From a virus, in the IMG/VR virus record IMGVR_UViG_3300021142_000007, positions 1 through 64,000 of that record: 64,000 bases of DNA; one strand, 5' to 3'. The translations under genes were made by a program, and so were the position numbers. Position 1 is the first letter of the stretch. Each line of letters opens with the position of its first letter. This document shows positions 1 through 10,826 of this stretch, in pieces. A model generated the notes under the pieces. It searched no databases. It was not told the origin of the DNA and was given only the letters and a program-made list of their open reading frames with translations.

Positions 1-14
1 TATCCCAAGGAGGT

Positions 15-662
15 TTGGTTGTCAACCCTGGTCAGCGTATATTTCTTGACCGATATATCGATATCGCTAAAAAGTTCTTATTTGATACTTATGAAGTATC
101 AAGTTCCGATGAAGTTAAAAAAGCAATCGAACACAATGGTGATATAAAGATAGAATTCTACAAAGAAAGGGTATATATTCCAAGGCCCACTTATAGACCT
201 CATATTTTTTGGGATACCAATGGGTTAAAAAAATTCTCTTCAACTAACGATATTGTTTATGGTGATAACACAAGCCTACTAAGAACAAATATAGCGGGGT
301 CATATTATAACTCCACCGATGAATTAAATATGAGCAACACATATACTAGCACTTCTAATTATGTTGACTCAACTATCAGTACAACACTTGATTTTCTAAG
401 TCAAGAAACAACATCTCCAATTAAAAAACAAAAGCTAGAAACTGGACGTGTTGAAGCAGGGTCTGATTCTGACCAAAAATTTGAATATGTCAGCAAAACA
501 TTTGAATACAGCCCATTTCATACCATAGAGTATAAGTTGCTACCTGTATCTCAAAAAATAAACACCACAGCCGATTTAAACGTTAAATTATACTGTACTC
601 AGTGTGGTGCTAAACTCGGTAAAACAGATAAGTTCTGTTCCCAGTGTGGCCATAAGGCCTAA
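15..662 (+). CDS. Hypothetical protein with C-terminal zinc ribbon (probably 5'-truncated by the window)
   Basis: C-terminal CTQC...CSQC motif; frame is open from the window edge. Confidence 0.7.
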   Translation: MVVNPGQRIFLDRYIDIAKKFLFDTYEVSSSDEVKKAIEHNGDIKIEFYKERVYIPRPTYRPHIFWDTNGLKKFSSTNDIVYGDNTSLLRTNIAGSYYNSTDELNMSNTYTSTSNYVDSTISTTLDFLSQETTSPIKKQKLETGRVEAGSDSDQKFEYVSKTFEYSPFHTIEYKLLPVSQKINTTADLNVKLYCTQCGAKLGKTDKFCSQCGHKA

Positions 663-686
663 ATAAATCATAAAGTTAACGCAAAT

Positions 687-718
687 AAAAACCCGAACTT
701 GACAATTCGGGTTTTTTT
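687..718. terminator. Intrinsic terminator
   Basis: AAAAACCCGAA-CTTGACAA-TTCGGGTTTTTTT inverted repeat. Confidence 0.75.
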
Positions 719-740
719 ATGTATATTTGAAATAAAAATT

Positions 741-887
741 ATGAATACACTAGAAGCAAGAGTTTTACAGGAAATACTTAAATTGGTTGAAACAACGCCT
801 AACGATTATGACCTAGGAAAGGTTGTAAGAATTGTTTACCATGATTACAAAGAAGGTAAGCTAAACGATAAGGTTGAAAACCCATAA
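741..887 (+). CDS. Small hypothetical protein (MNTLEARVLQ...)
   Basis: ATG at 741 follows TATATTTG promoter motif near 723; PNDYDLG motif. Confidence 0.6.
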   Translation: MNTLEARVLQEILKLVETTPNDYDLGKVVRIVYHDYKEGKLNDKVENP

Positions 888-901
888 GCATTACACAAAA
901 C

Positions 902-932
902 AAAAAAGCCTAGATTTCTCTAGGCTTTTTTT
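902..932. terminator. Bidirectional terminator downstream of the capsid gene
   Basis: AAAAAAGCCTAG-ATTTCT-CTAGGCTTTTTT between convergent genes. Confidence 0.8.
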
Positions 933-953
933 ATATAAGATATTCGTTTAAGA

Positions 954-2846
954 TTATCTCAATTCTGCTACGTTAAATGTAGGTACACCATCAACACGCA
1001 CGTGTCCGTAGAATCTGTTGTTAACAGCCTTCTTAGCGTAACGAGTCATGATACCCTTAACTGGAGCAAAGTTAAATGGATTGTACATTGTTGGAGTCAA
1101 TTGCAATGGCACGTATGGTGCGTAGATGTAACCTGTATCCAATAATGACTTACCTTTGTGACCTACGATAACTGAGTAAGCTGGTGAATAAGGGTCACGG
1201 TATACTTGATAACGACCACCCAAAGTACCAATTCTTTCGATACCCATGTTATATTGGTCTTGCTCTGGGTTAGCATCACTTACGTGGAAGTATTCAAGGT
1301 CATCGAATACAGCTGATATCTCAGAAGATACAACTACGAAGTTAGCACCACCACGAAGAGTTGACTTGTGGATTTGAGCAGACAATTGGTTAACTCTTGT
1401 GATAAGAGTTTGGTTCCAGTCTTTTTGTGTATATGGGCTAGCAGCTGAAGAAGCTTTTCTCCAACCATTGTAATCCCAACGTAATTGCCATGCAGCCAAT
1501 TTACGCAAATCTCTAAGGATTTCACGGTCAATTTCAGCAGCAACTTGTTCTGACAACATAGCTGTCAATTCAGCTTCAGCATCGATGTTGTGGAATGCAC
1601 TAACGTCTTGTGCCAACTCTGGAGACCAAGTGGCTCTTAATTTTCTTTCTTCAACAGCAACTACAACTTCAGCAAGGTTGAAAGATACTTCACCAAGTTC
1701 AGTTTCAAGTTCCAATGAAGAGTATTCAGCCCAAGCAAATGTCATACCGTTTGTAACAGCACTTACTGAGTTTGCAAGACTAGAACTTGTAGCACCAGTT
1801 GTACCTACATAACCATCATAAGTTGATGTACCAGCTTTAGCTACACCAGATGCAGTTGTACCTACTGGGTGACGGAAGTCAAGTTCAAGGTAGATAAGAC
1901 CTTGGTCAGTTACCAAGTTACCACTTGTATTTTGAACGATACCTTTACCATATTGTTGAGTAACTACACGGAAAGGAACTTCTTTGTTAGCTGCGATTAT
2001 TGTGTTACCGTCTGCATCCAAAAGAGCATTTGAAGTAACTACGTGCAATGAAGCCAAGAATGATTCTGTATCCATGTTGTTACCATCTGGACCAGTTAAT
2101 ACTTCACGTCCACTTGAACCAGCACCTCCAGAGAAACCAGAAAGACCAATAATCGCATGTCTTACTGAACCGTCAGTTGCCAATGGCAATATAGTTGCAC
2201 CGTAAGCAGGTGATAGAGTACCATCTGTGTTAAATGTAAATGTAGTGTAAGTTGTTTGGGTTTTGATTGTAAGGGTACCCTTAGAGTTATCAAACATACC
2301 GTCATTGTAGAATATATCATACAAGTTTTTAGCCATGAACTTAGTTACAGGATAAGAATGTGCAGCAGCAGCAACAGGAAGTGCAGCAGCAGTAGCTGAA
2401 CCATTGTGTTCACCGTTAAGACCAGTGTGAGCTGAATAGATAGTACCGTATACATCGCTAGAATCACTAGTTGCATAGTCGTTACCAGCATTACCTAAAC
2501 CGTCTTGACGGCTAGAAGTTTGAGGTACGAAATAGAACAATTTACCGATAGGCATATTCATCGCTTGTACTGATACGATATCATTTGCAAGTAATTTAGA
2601 GAATACACGTCTTACGATAGGGAATACAACTGTTTCGAATGAACCAGATGAAGTTGCCGATGTAGATTCAGTCAACAAAGCAGAAGCTTCGTTTTCATAC
2701 AATTGAGCAATGTTTTCTTTTACATGGCCTTTAAGACCATCAAGGAAACCTAGGGCTTCCCATTTTGCTTGGGTTTCTTGGCGAATCGCTTTCATGTGAT
2801 TCAAACCGATGTTACCCACTTGTCCAGATGTTAATAAATGTGACAT
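954..2846 (-). CDS. Major capsid protein, T4 gp23-like
   Basis: IVSVQAMNMPIGKLF, RKLRATWSPELAQD, DAEAELTAMLSEQVAAEIDREI, YAPYVPL and KGIMTRY motifs. Confidence 0.95.
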   Translation of the reverse strand: MSHLLTSGQVGNIGLNHMKAIRQETQAKWEALGFLDGLKGHVKENIAQLYENEASALLTESTSATSSGSFETVVFPIVRRVFSKLLANDIVSVQAMNMPIGKLFYFVPQTSSRQDGLGNAGNDYATSDSSDVYGTIYSAHTGLNGEHNGSATAAALPVAAAAHSYPVTKFMAKNLYDIFYNDGMFDNSKGTLTIKTQTTYTTFTFNTDGTLSPAYGATILPLATDGSVRHAIIGLSGFSGGAGSSGREVLTGPDGNNMDTESFLASLHVVTSNALLDADGNTIIAANKEVPFRVVTQQYGKGIVQNTSGNLVTDQGLIYLELDFRHPVGTTASGVAKAGTSTYDGYVGTTGATSSSLANSVSAVTNGMTFAWAEYSSLELETELGEVSFNLAEVVVAVEERKLRATWSPELAQDVSAFHNIDAEAELTAMLSEQVAAEIDREILRDLRKLAAWQLRWDYNGWRKASSAASPYTQKDWNQTLITRVNQLSAQIHKSTLRGGANFVVVSSEISAVFDDLEYFHVSDANPEQDQYNMGIERIGTLGGRYQVYRDPYSPAYSVIVGHKGKSLLDTGYIYAPYVPLQLTPTMYNPFNFAPVKGIMTRYAKKAVNNRFYGHVRVDGVPTFNVAELR

Positions 2847-2876
2847 AGTTTTTTTTTATTTTTTTTTTTGTTAGGG

Positions 2877-4058
2877 TTATTTTGTTTCAACTCTCTTGAT
2901 TAGGTCAAGAATTCTTTTAGTTGAAGGGTCTACATACGCAGTACTTTCATTTAATTGTTTTGAAGTACTTGTAGTAGCCTCTTTGATTATTTTATTCTCT
3001 ACCGATTCAGCGATTGGCTTTCTTGAAGTCAATTCATTCTCGATAGTTTTATATAACTTTTTGGACTCTTTAAGGGTTGTAACCTCTTCATCAAATCTCT
3101 TGATGATAGTTTGTTTTTCTCCCTTGGTTGTCGCATGTTCCATAAACAACTTTGTTACGTAAGTAAGGTTGCTATTGAACACCACAGTTTCTACCAACTT
3201 GTTTCTAAATTCTTTAAGAGCCTTTCTGAATTCTTCGTTCTCGGTCTTAAGCTTTTTAGCTTCGGTTAATAGTGTATTGTATTTTTTTGTTGTTTCAGAA
3301 ACAAGTTTCTTAGCCGCAACAGATTCTTCTAACTTAGACTTAGGATTTTCAGGTGCACCAATTGACTTAGGACCTTCACCACGGTGGTTACCAACACTTC
3401 TGCCAATACCAACGCTAATCTTTTCTTCAATAGTTTCTTCTTCCTCTGTTTCAACTTCAGTCAGTTCGCTTTCTTCTTCTGATTCTTCTTCGTCATCAAC
3501 TGGCTTAAATTCGTCTGAACCTTCTTCTGATTCACCGTCTTCATCACCGTCAAGTTCGATTTCATAATCAACATCATCTTCTGATTCTTCATCATCATGG
3601 TGTCCACCAATTTCAGAAGCTTTAACGATATAATCGCCTGGTTCCGCGATGTGTAAGTGAACTTCGTCACCTACGATTTCGATTTCATCATCTCCACTCA
3701 ATTTCTTGTAGATTTCGATAACGTCATCATCTGATGCGTGTGTCATGTCTAGTTCTTCTGATGTAGTATCATCCATTCCTTCTTCGTATATATCTTCATG
3801 CATGTCTTGTTCTTCCATGCCTTCTGTTTCCATACCTTCTGCTGACATTTCACTTTCAGTCATTTCTTCAGATTCAGTTTTGGTTTCTTCCATAACTTCC
3901 TCTTCTTCGTAATCTTTGTTTAAAGATTCTTTCACAACACTGTCAATTTCTTCCTTAGCTACGCTACGAAGTATTTCTTTTGTGTTGGCATTAAGAGCGT
4001 TTTTGATATTTTGTATGTCAAGTAACGCTTCTTCAAGTATTGTCTTTTTATCTGCCAT
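2877..4058 (-). CDS. Prohead core/scaffold protein (gp22-like position)
   Basis: Acidic, coiled-coil protein between protease and capsid genes. Confidence 0.75.
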   Translation of the reverse strand: MADKKTILEEALLDIQNIKNALNANTKEILRSVAKEEIDSVVKESLNKDYEEEEVMEETKTESEEMTESEMSAEGMETEGMEEQDMHEDIYEEGMDDTTSEELDMTHASDDDVIEIYKKLSGDDEIEIVGDEVHLHIAEPGDYIVKASEIGGHHDDEESEDDVDYEIELDGDEDGESEEGSDEFKPVDDEEESEEESELTEVETEEEETIEEKISVGIGRSVGNHRGEGPKSIGAPENPKSKLEESVAAKKLVSETTKKYNTLLTEAKKLKTENEEFRKALKEFRNKLVETVVFNSNLTYVTKLFMEHATTKGEKQTIIKRFDEEVTTLKESKKLYKTIENELTSRKPIAESVENKIIKEATTSTSKQLNESTAYVDPSTKRILDLIKRVETK

Positions 4059-4171
4059 TTGTGTTTATTTATTTTGAATTATTAATAGATAAAAAATTCG
4101 AGTTTATTTGATAATAAATATGCGTATTTTATTGAAAAGACACATATTCAATAAAAAAATCTTATTTTTGA

Positions 4172-4894
4172 TTAGTCTAGCAAAAATTTATCCAATTTGG
4201 TTACCAAGTTTTCGGTCAAAGTTGGCTTAACCACCTCTACGCTTTCAGTATAAGGCTTAGCTTCCTCAACACTCTTGAATATCCAAGCGTCTGGTGTTGA
4301 TGGTGCCGTAACAACGTCCCAACAAATAATCTCGAAATCGTCTTGTACTATTTGTTCCCCGTTACGACCTTCTTTCAATGAACCAACACCTCTTGAAGAA
4401 ACACCAATCTTAATTCTGTTTCTTAATAGGTTTGCAACTTCATCACCTTTCGTTGATACGATACCGTAGTTTATAAAACCTGGCGACATGAGGATTTCCA
4501 TCTTACCCATAAGCGTTTTGCCTTCCCACCATGTTTCAATGATATTGTGTGATATTCTATCACCAGCAATGATACTAGATTCTGGGTGGTCCAATTCACC
4601 TACAGCTGCACGTTCCTTTATTAGTTTTTGATATAGTCTATCTTGTTTAACCAACACATGTTCTGGGTATATTCTTCCATTACGGTTAAGAACACCATAC
4701 TTCTGTAGAATAACATAAACCACGAGAGGTTCAGCTATTACCAGTTTTTTGCTATCAAGCTTTTGTATTTCGTTAATGAAGGCTTGGTTTCTTGGTTCAT
4801 CAGGGCTGATGAATCCAGCATCGTGTTCAATCAAATAACCAAAACCGCTGTCACCGCGTTTAAGTACCTTTATATCTTTATAGTTTATATCCAT
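4172..4894 (-). CDS. Prohead protease, T4 gp21-like
   Basis: NRNGRIYP, GELDHP, IGVSSRGVGS and WDVVTAPSTPDA motifs. Confidence 0.93.
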   Translation of the reverse strand: MDINYKDIKVLKRGDSGFGYLIEHDAGFISPDEPRNQAFINEIQKLDSKKLVIAEPLVVYVILQKYGVLNRNGRIYPEHVLVKQDRLYQKLIKERAAVGELDHPESSIIAGDRISHNIIETWWEGKTLMGKMEILMSPGFINYGIVSTKGDEVANLLRNRIKIGVSSRGVGSLKEGRNGEQIVQDDFEIICWDVVTAPSTPDAWIFKSVEEAKPYTESVEVVKPTLTENLVTKLDKFLLD

Positions 4895-4957
4895 GATAGT
4901 CTGTTATAGATATAAATATATCCCTAGAATAAAAAAGCCCCGATATCGGGGCCTTTG

Positions 4958-5401
4958 TTATTTCTTTCTTTTGTGAAATTCAAATGTTTCGTCTTTTTCA
5001 AACACATTCTTGATGATATCTTCGGTAATCCACTCTAGCTTTCCTTGCATGAACTCTGTATTTACCGATATTTCTTCTTCCAAGAATAGTGTTAATTCGC
5101 AATTCATAAAGCTTCTTTTACCGAACTTGATACCTGATTCTCTGATATCCAAATCAACGATGGTTCTTTCTTTTACAAACTTGCTGGTTATGTCTGTAGA
5201 TAGCAAGTTGTAAGTCTGTTGCTTAATGAGCTTATTGATGTTTCGTATGACCCTTAGATAACTAACGTCATCATTTTCTTTGGGTGCCGCCCAAGCTGAA
5301 ATATTGATATATACAGCCTTTGGGTTTTTGTTATTTACGCTACCGAATACAACGCTGTATTCTTTAAATTTGTTTGTTTTTACTTCTTTTCCTGTTTTCA
5401 T
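4958..5401 (-). CDS. Conserved hypothetical phage protein
   Basis: 147-aa ORF co-oriented in the head module. Confidence 0.75.
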   Translation of the reverse strand: MKTGKEVKTNKFKEYSVVFGSVNNKNPKAVYINISAWAAPKENDDVSYLRVIRNINKLIKQQTYNLLSTDITSKFVKERTIVDLDIRESGIKFGKRSFMNCELTLFLEEEISVNTEFMQGKLEWITEDIIKNVFEKDETFEFHKRKK

Positions 5402-5454
5402 AATACCTGGTGTTTTTAAGACTAAGTATAATGAAAATAATTCAATAGGTCAAA

Positions 5455-5790
5455 TTATTTTTTTAGGTTTGCCCAGATTGAAATTGCTATGGTTAAGGCT
5501 AATTGAGCAAAGCCTAGAATAGCCATTGCAGCTATCCAACGATTTTTTTGTTTGTATATTTCATCCTTTGCTTCTTTCATTTGAGTTGGTGACCAAACGT
5601 CATTAACCTTCTCTATCCATTTAGCATGAGTATCCACCTTACCTTCGACATTTTTAAATTCGGTAAGCTTTTGGTTAAGTTCAGAGAAACGATTATCCAT
5701 ATCGCTTCTCATTTTATCATAATTATCGTTTAGTCTTTCTAATTCCTTAAGTACTAGTTTGCTATAGTCCCCCCAAGTTTCTTCAGCCAT
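5455..5790 (-). CDS. Coiled-coil protein with C-terminal transmembrane helix
   Basis: WIAAMAILGFAQLALTIAISIW segment. Confidence 0.7.
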   Translation of the reverse strand: MAEETWGDYSKLVLKELERLNDNYDKMRSDMDNRFSELNQKLTEFKNVEGKVDTHAKWIEKVNDVWSPTQMKEAKDEIYKQKNRWIAAMAILGFAQLALTIAISIWANLKK

Positions 5791-5792
5791 CT

Positions 5793-6014
5793 TTATAAAT
5801 TTACGGTTGTTAGAATGTTAGTTATTGTGGTACACATTTGTTCGTAACACTTTATTTTGCTTTGCGGAGTCTCAGAATTTCCTATTTCAGTTTTACCTTC
5901 ACTCACTACTTTTTTTAATCTACGTAAAACACTTTCATATTCATTTTCTGAGCTACTGCATAATTTTTCGGTTAATTGTCTTAATTTTAAGATGTTTTCA
6001 CTCATTTCAGCCAT
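5793..6014 (-). CDS. Hypothetical protein
   Basis: Tightly packed ORF in the operon. Confidence 0.65.
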   Translation of the reverse strand: MAEMSENILKLRQLTEKLCSSSENEYESVLRRLKKVVSEGKTEIGNSETPQSKIKCYEQMCTTITNILTTVNL

Positions 6015-6015
6015 A

Positions 6016-6804
6016 TTAATTTTCTTTTAGGTTACTTCTTAATTCTACCAACTTAGAAATATTCTTAACATAGTCTTCGTTAATTTCTAACTTATCGTTA
6101 AGAAGCTTATCTTTTACCTTCAGCAATTTATCTTTTGCGTCTAGGTCTTTGGTGTCAAGCTTTTCGTCAATCAAGTTAAGACACTCTCTAATCATGCTAG
6201 AGTATACATCTTTCTTGGTGTCATCACCTTCAACAAAGCTTTTAATAACCGATTGCTCGATTGTATCAAGCTCTGAGTATTTGCTGTTGTATTTTTCTAC
6301 CAATAAGCCCAATAACATACTATTAGGTACATCGTAGCTTTCAAGTATTTCTTTTGGTTTATTATTAACCAAATGGTTAACTATCTTGCTGGTAGACTCA
6401 ACAATAACATCTATTGTCTTTGGTGTTTTTTCTGTGAAGATAAGATTGGTTATAGATTCGTGAAGTTCCGCTAAATCGCTAGTAGTATCTTGTTCGAATG
6501 AAACTTTTTCAGCCAATTTTTTATTGGCTTCATATATATCTTTTTTGCTGTATTTATTTAGCAAAGCTATTGATTCATTAACATATAGGGTAGCCTTGTT
6601 AAAGTCTGGCTCTACCTTATTTTCAAGGTTGGTATAAACCTCAAATAGTGTTCTTAGAATCTTGCTTTCGTTTATGGTATCAACATAGTGCTTAAACAAC
6701 TTCTTTTTATCTGTGCTTTTGTCTATTAGACTCTCGCTTAACAAGTGGTTGTAAACTGATTTTATCGTACCAAAGTTTTTTATATTTGACTGTAATTCTG
6801 ACAT
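6016..6804 (-). CDS. Hypothetical helical protein, probably head-associated
   Basis: 262-aa ORF after the portal gene, preceded by ATATTTATA. Confidence 0.7.
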   Translation of the reverse strand: MSELQSNIKNFGTIKSVYNHLLSESLIDKSTDKKKLFKHYVDTINESKILRTLFEVYTNLENKVEPDFNKATLYVNESIALLNKYSKKDIYEANKKLAEKVSFEQDTTSDLAELHESITNLIFTEKTPKTIDVIVESTSKIVNHLVNNKPKEILESYDVPNSMLLGLLVEKYNSKYSELDTIEQSVIKSFVEGDDTKKDVYSSMIRECLNLIDEKLDTKDLDAKDKLLKVKDKLLNDKLEINEDYVKNISKLVELRSNLKEN

Positions 6805-6844
6805 TTTTGAATTTTATTATAAATATCGTTATTTAACACAAAAA

Positions 6845-8914
6845 CTATTGGTCACCCAACATTTTATCGATGTCATTAATCATGTCATCAACTTCCGCAT
6901 TAATTTTTACATTTTTATCTAGGATTCTTGTCTTGGGTTCCTTAAGTTCTTTTGTTGGTTGTATTGATTCTATTAGCCTATTAACGAAGACATTTTTGTA
7001 TTTTTTCGTCCTATCATCAAGCTTCTTAGCCAAGACTGCCTTTTCTTCTTTTAGAATCTTACTAACCTTTTTGAACGATTCTGTTACGTTTTCTGGTGCT
7101 GCTTCTCCTTCTGCTCCAGTTTCGGTAGCAGTTTCTTCTGCTCCAGCTTCAGCACCAGCTTCGGTAGCCGCTTCTGATTCACCTTCTTCTCCAAAGTTCA
7201 AGTCTTCACCTCCAACGCCGCCGCCCCCGAATGAACCTCCTCCAGCAGGGCCTCCAGAAGGACCTCCAGATGGACCTCCAGATGGGCCTCCTTCTTCGTT
7301 TCCAGCACCTTCTCCAGCACCACCGCCGCCTTTAAGAGCTAATTTAAAGTCACCATAAACACGGTCAACGATATCGAACATACCTGTATGTTTAATAACA
7401 TTTGCCGAATTTGCTAATTCAGCAGCAGCTGCTTTTTCCATACGTTGTTCAAGCAAGTCTTGTTTGATATCATCATCTGACATACCAAGTATATCTCTCT
7501 TAGCACGTGTCATTGACATAGCACCAAATCCGTTACCAGAATCAGATACAGCGTCTTTATATAGGGTAACCTTGGTCTGCAAGTGTTCAACCTTAAGCAT
7601 TTCGGCTTGTGTTGATGGGTTATTAAGCGTAAGGGTAAAGTTATCGAAGTCTTCTTCAAATCCAAGAATGTACAAGTGAATCATAGCTATCTTGTTAAGC
7701 TCTTGAAGCATTGCTTGTTGTATACGATTTATGGTTCTTGAGAAACGAATATCTTGTAATGCAAGGTTTTTGCCTTCACCAGTTGTATCATCAAAACCCA
7801 AGAATGGCTTAGGTACGCGTAATGCTGTAAACAAATTGTGTTGCAAGTATTGTATATCCGCAATTTGGTCTAGGTTCGAGGCACCTGGCAACGTATCAAT
7901 TGGATTTGGTGCGCTTTCATCACGAACTGGGATGAAGAAGTCTTGGTCATTTGATAACTGATTATATCTCAAGTCTATTTGACCTGTATTAGGGTCGGTA
8001 ATAGGCATACGTTTAAACCTATCAGCGATTTGGTTTACATATGCTTCAACGTCACCGTCATCAATGTTACCAACATATATCTTGTATACACGTCTTTCTG
8101 GAGCACGGGTAACACGGTAAACAAGCATCGAGTCTTCAGAAAGAATAAGTTGCTTCCAAATACGTCTTGCTTTTTCAAGAACGCTGGTACCATAAGGTAG
8201 TCTTCTATCATCTCCCAACAAACGGAAGTGAGCAATTTGCCATGAGTTAAATTCAACGTCACGACCTCTCCAGTAGAACTTTATCTTATCACCAGTACTT
8301 ACTTGACCATTAACCGTATCACGACCAGTAATCATATCAAATAGACCGCTTTCTCTGCGCTCCATTTCGTAGTTAGGCATTTGCTTGGCACTTAAGATAC
8401 CATGCTTATCATCAATGTTTAAATATACGAAGTTATCACCGTATTTGCAGGTGTTTCTTGTCCACATCGGAAGCGATACGTGAATATCCAAACGGTTAAA
8501 GAATAAGTCTTCAAGAATACCCTTAACACGCTTGCTATCTGAGTATATATTCATTACCCTACCCTTATCATTTATGGTTGTTGATTCTTCCATCATGATA
8601 TCCAAAGCAGCTGCAATAGTTGGGTAGAACTCCATAGCCTCGAAATCAGAATATGAACCTATACGTGTTGTTTCATAGTTGATAGATTGTTGAAACAATC
8701 CGCTCTCAACCTTTTTCCACATTTGACCCAAGTACTTAACTTGTTGAGCCTGTAGCTTAGCTCTTTCGAAATCAGCTTTATTATCTGTCTTTAATAATAC
8801 ATCACCACCTATGTTATATCTTTGTGGTTGTTTTGCTGGTTCTTTTAGTCTTACCGCATCTGGACTAATTATTTGTCCTAGTCGTTGAAAGACCGTTAGT
8901 TTTTTTTCTGCCAT
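6845..8914 (-). CDS. Portal protein, T4 gp20-like, with Gly/Glu-rich C-terminal extension
   Basis: YRVTRAPERRVYKIYVGN, DFFIPVR, IDTLPGASNL and LFTALRVPK motifs. Confidence 0.93.
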   Translation of the reverse strand: MAEKKLTVFQRLGQIISPDAVRLKEPAKQPQRYNIGGDVLLKTDNKADFERAKLQAQQVKYLGQMWKKVESGLFQQSINYETTRIGSYSDFEAMEFYPTIAAALDIMMEESTTINDKGRVMNIYSDSKRVKGILEDLFFNRLDIHVSLPMWTRNTCKYGDNFVYLNIDDKHGILSAKQMPNYEMERRESGLFDMITGRDTVNGQVSTGDKIKFYWRGRDVEFNSWQIAHFRLLGDDRRLPYGTSVLEKARRIWKQLILSEDSMLVYRVTRAPERRVYKIYVGNIDDGDVEAYVNQIADRFKRMPITDPNTGQIDLRYNQLSNDQDFFIPVRDESAPNPIDTLPGASNLDQIADIQYLQHNLFTALRVPKPFLGFDDTTGEGKNLALQDIRFSRTINRIQQAMLQELNKIAMIHLYILGFEEDFDNFTLTLNNPSTQAEMLKVEHLQTKVTLYKDAVSDSGNGFGAMSMTRAKRDILGMSDDDIKQDLLEQRMEKAAAAELANSANVIKHTGMFDIVDRVYGDFKLALKGGGGAGEGAGNEEGGPSGGPSGGPSGGPAGGGSFGGGGVGGEDLNFGEEGESEAATEAGAEAGAEETATETGAEGEAAPENVTESFKKVSKILKEEKAVLAKKLDDRTKKYKNVFVNRLIESIQPTKELKEPKTRILDKNVKINAEVDDMINDIDKMLGDQ

Positions 8915-8964
8915 ATCTTTTAATTTATATTATAAGTGTTTTTTAACCAAAATAAATGATAACG

Positions 8965-10752
8965 CTATTTTGTTCCGCTAAATAACCACAAGAATTGTCC
9001 TGTTGGGTCTTGCATATTTTTAGCCACCGTAGGGTTGAATTTTGGTTTTGGCATCGCTGCCTTATTTCTGTTATTTTTACTTACAAATCCACTTCCTTTT
9101 TCAAGTTCAATCTGTTCTAGTGTCTTGGTATTACCTATCACCCAACTATTTAAGATTGCTTTGTTTTGCTTTTCAAGACGCTCAAGATTTTTGAATGAGT
9201 GTTCGAGAACCCATAGACACATAGCCAGTGACATCAACAAGTCATCATGGTATCCATCCATGTGGTCAGGTCTACCATTCTTGTAAACAAATGTTTTCAT
9301 CTCCATAGCAAGTCTCATCGAACGAATCTTAACCGCATTGGTTCTTATCTTGTATTCAAGATTTGAAACCATAGGAAGCCTTACGTTTGTTGCATGGAAA
9401 CCTGGCGTTTTGCTGTTCGTATCGTATCTTGATAGTTCTCTTTGTCTAGCGGATAGTATCTTACCATTGGTTGTTTCGTAGTGTAGTCTCTTGTAGTTAA
9501 ATTCCATGAGCTTTAATACGGTAGAAACACCCATACCACCAGTTACATCCACTACGGTATATGCCTTGTATTGTTCTCCGTATTCCTCGACCAATTGAGC
9601 CAATAAGTCTGGTTGTATCTTTCCTTTGTACTCCAATACCTGTTCCATGGTCGTGAAATCAATGATTACAATGGTTGATGAATCCTCTCCATCACCCCTT
9701 GAAACGTCTACGCCCATAATATACTGATGACCCTCTTGTGGAAGTTCCCATATCCAAGTATCCTTATCGGCACCAAGCATTATTATTGGTTCCTTTACGT
9801 TATTTTTTATCTGTAGGTCTATGAATTGTTCATCAATAACGTTACCTCCCGAACCAATAAATGACACATCAAGCTCTTGTGCAATCATCTTAGCATCGTT
9901 GTTCATACCTTCGCACATTTCTTCATACCAACTAGATGTTGGTTTCCAACCATCTGATATTCTCTTTTCGTAAGATGCAAATGTAAACTCGGTTTCTAGT
10001 TCAATAACATCATCTTTTACCCAACGCAAATCCTTATTATATCTCAAGTCTTCATACCATTTCATTTCAATGATATTAAAACCGTTCTTTTTTTGTTTTG
10101 CAAGGTCGTATGTTTTGTAGTAGAGTTCGTCCATACCACGTGGAGTAGATATAAGCATCGCTCTACCACCCGTACCCAACGCTGTTAATGCAGCACCAAA
10201 CACTTCGGCACCGTTATCGATATATGCTGCTTCATCCATAACAAGATACGTAGGTGTAAAACCTCTTAACGCATCCTTAGAGGTTGCAACGGCCTTAACA
10301 CGACTACCATTAGGTAACTTTATTTCTTGTTTAGAATCTGTAAGAAAAATGGTTTTCTTTTCGTTTTTAGGGTTACCGTAGTAATCTGGTCCCCAAATCC
10401 ATCTGGGTAGCTGGTCTAGGAAGTCTTTAATCTTGCTTAAGAATTCAAAAGCCAATGCTTGTTTGTTGGCGATAATCAATACGTTCTCTGGGTTATCTGA
10501 ATCTGCTAATCCAACCTTTACGGCCATGTAAGCTGCTGTTGTGGTTGATACACCAGCCTGTCTTGGTTTGGTAATTAGATTAAACCTATTATTCTCGTAA
10601 GCGTATATGATTTCTTTTTGTTTTGGAAATAACTTGAAAGGAACAAAGCCCTCTTGGGTCTTGTCGAACGTTTCAAAGAATGTCTCGATTGCGTATACTG
10701 GACTTGCCAAACACTTTGCGTATTCTTTAAGTATTTCACCTCTTGTTAGCAT
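8965..10752 (-). CDS. Terminase large subunit, T4 gp17-like
   Basis: KPRQAGVST (Walker A), LVMDEAA (Walker B), ISTPRG, GVDVSRG and HDDLLMS nuclease motifs. Confidence 0.95.
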   Translation of the reverse strand: MLTRGEILKEYAKCLASPVYAIETFFETFDKTQEGFVPFKLFPKQKEIIYAYENNRFNLITKPRQAGVSTTTAAYMAVKVGLADSDNPENVLIIANKQALAFEFLSKIKDFLDQLPRWIWGPDYYGNPKNEKKTIFLTDSKQEIKLPNGSRVKAVATSKDALRGFTPTYLVMDEAAYIDNGAEVFGAALTALGTGGRAMLISTPRGMDELYYKTYDLAKQKKNGFNIIEMKWYEDLRYNKDLRWVKDDVIELETEFTFASYEKRISDGWKPTSSWYEEMCEGMNNDAKMIAQELDVSFIGSGGNVIDEQFIDLQIKNNVKEPIIMLGADKDTWIWELPQEGHQYIMGVDVSRGDGEDSSTIVIIDFTTMEQVLEYKGKIQPDLLAQLVEEYGEQYKAYTVVDVTGGMGVSTVLKLMEFNYKRLHYETTNGKILSARQRELSRYDTNSKTPGFHATNVRLPMVSNLEYKIRTNAVKIRSMRLAMEMKTFVYKNGRPDHMDGYHDDLLMSLAMCLWVLEHSFKNLERLEKQNKAILNSWVIGNTKTLEQIELEKGSGFVSKNNRNKAAMPKPKFNPTVAKNMQDPTGQFLWLFSGTK

Positions 10753-10826
10753 AGTTTTAACTATAAATATGTAAAACTACGCTAAAACGCCTTTTTTTAA
10801 ATAATAAAGGCCCTTTCGGGCCTTTG

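Noticed and set aside
4911-4920. TATAAATA as a canonical T4 late promoter
   Set aside because: It is consistently on the antisense strand relative to the adjacent gene start
8965-10752. Intein or intron in the terminase or thyA
   Set aside because: No splice-junction motifs or frame breaks seen; thyA has only short in-frame insertions
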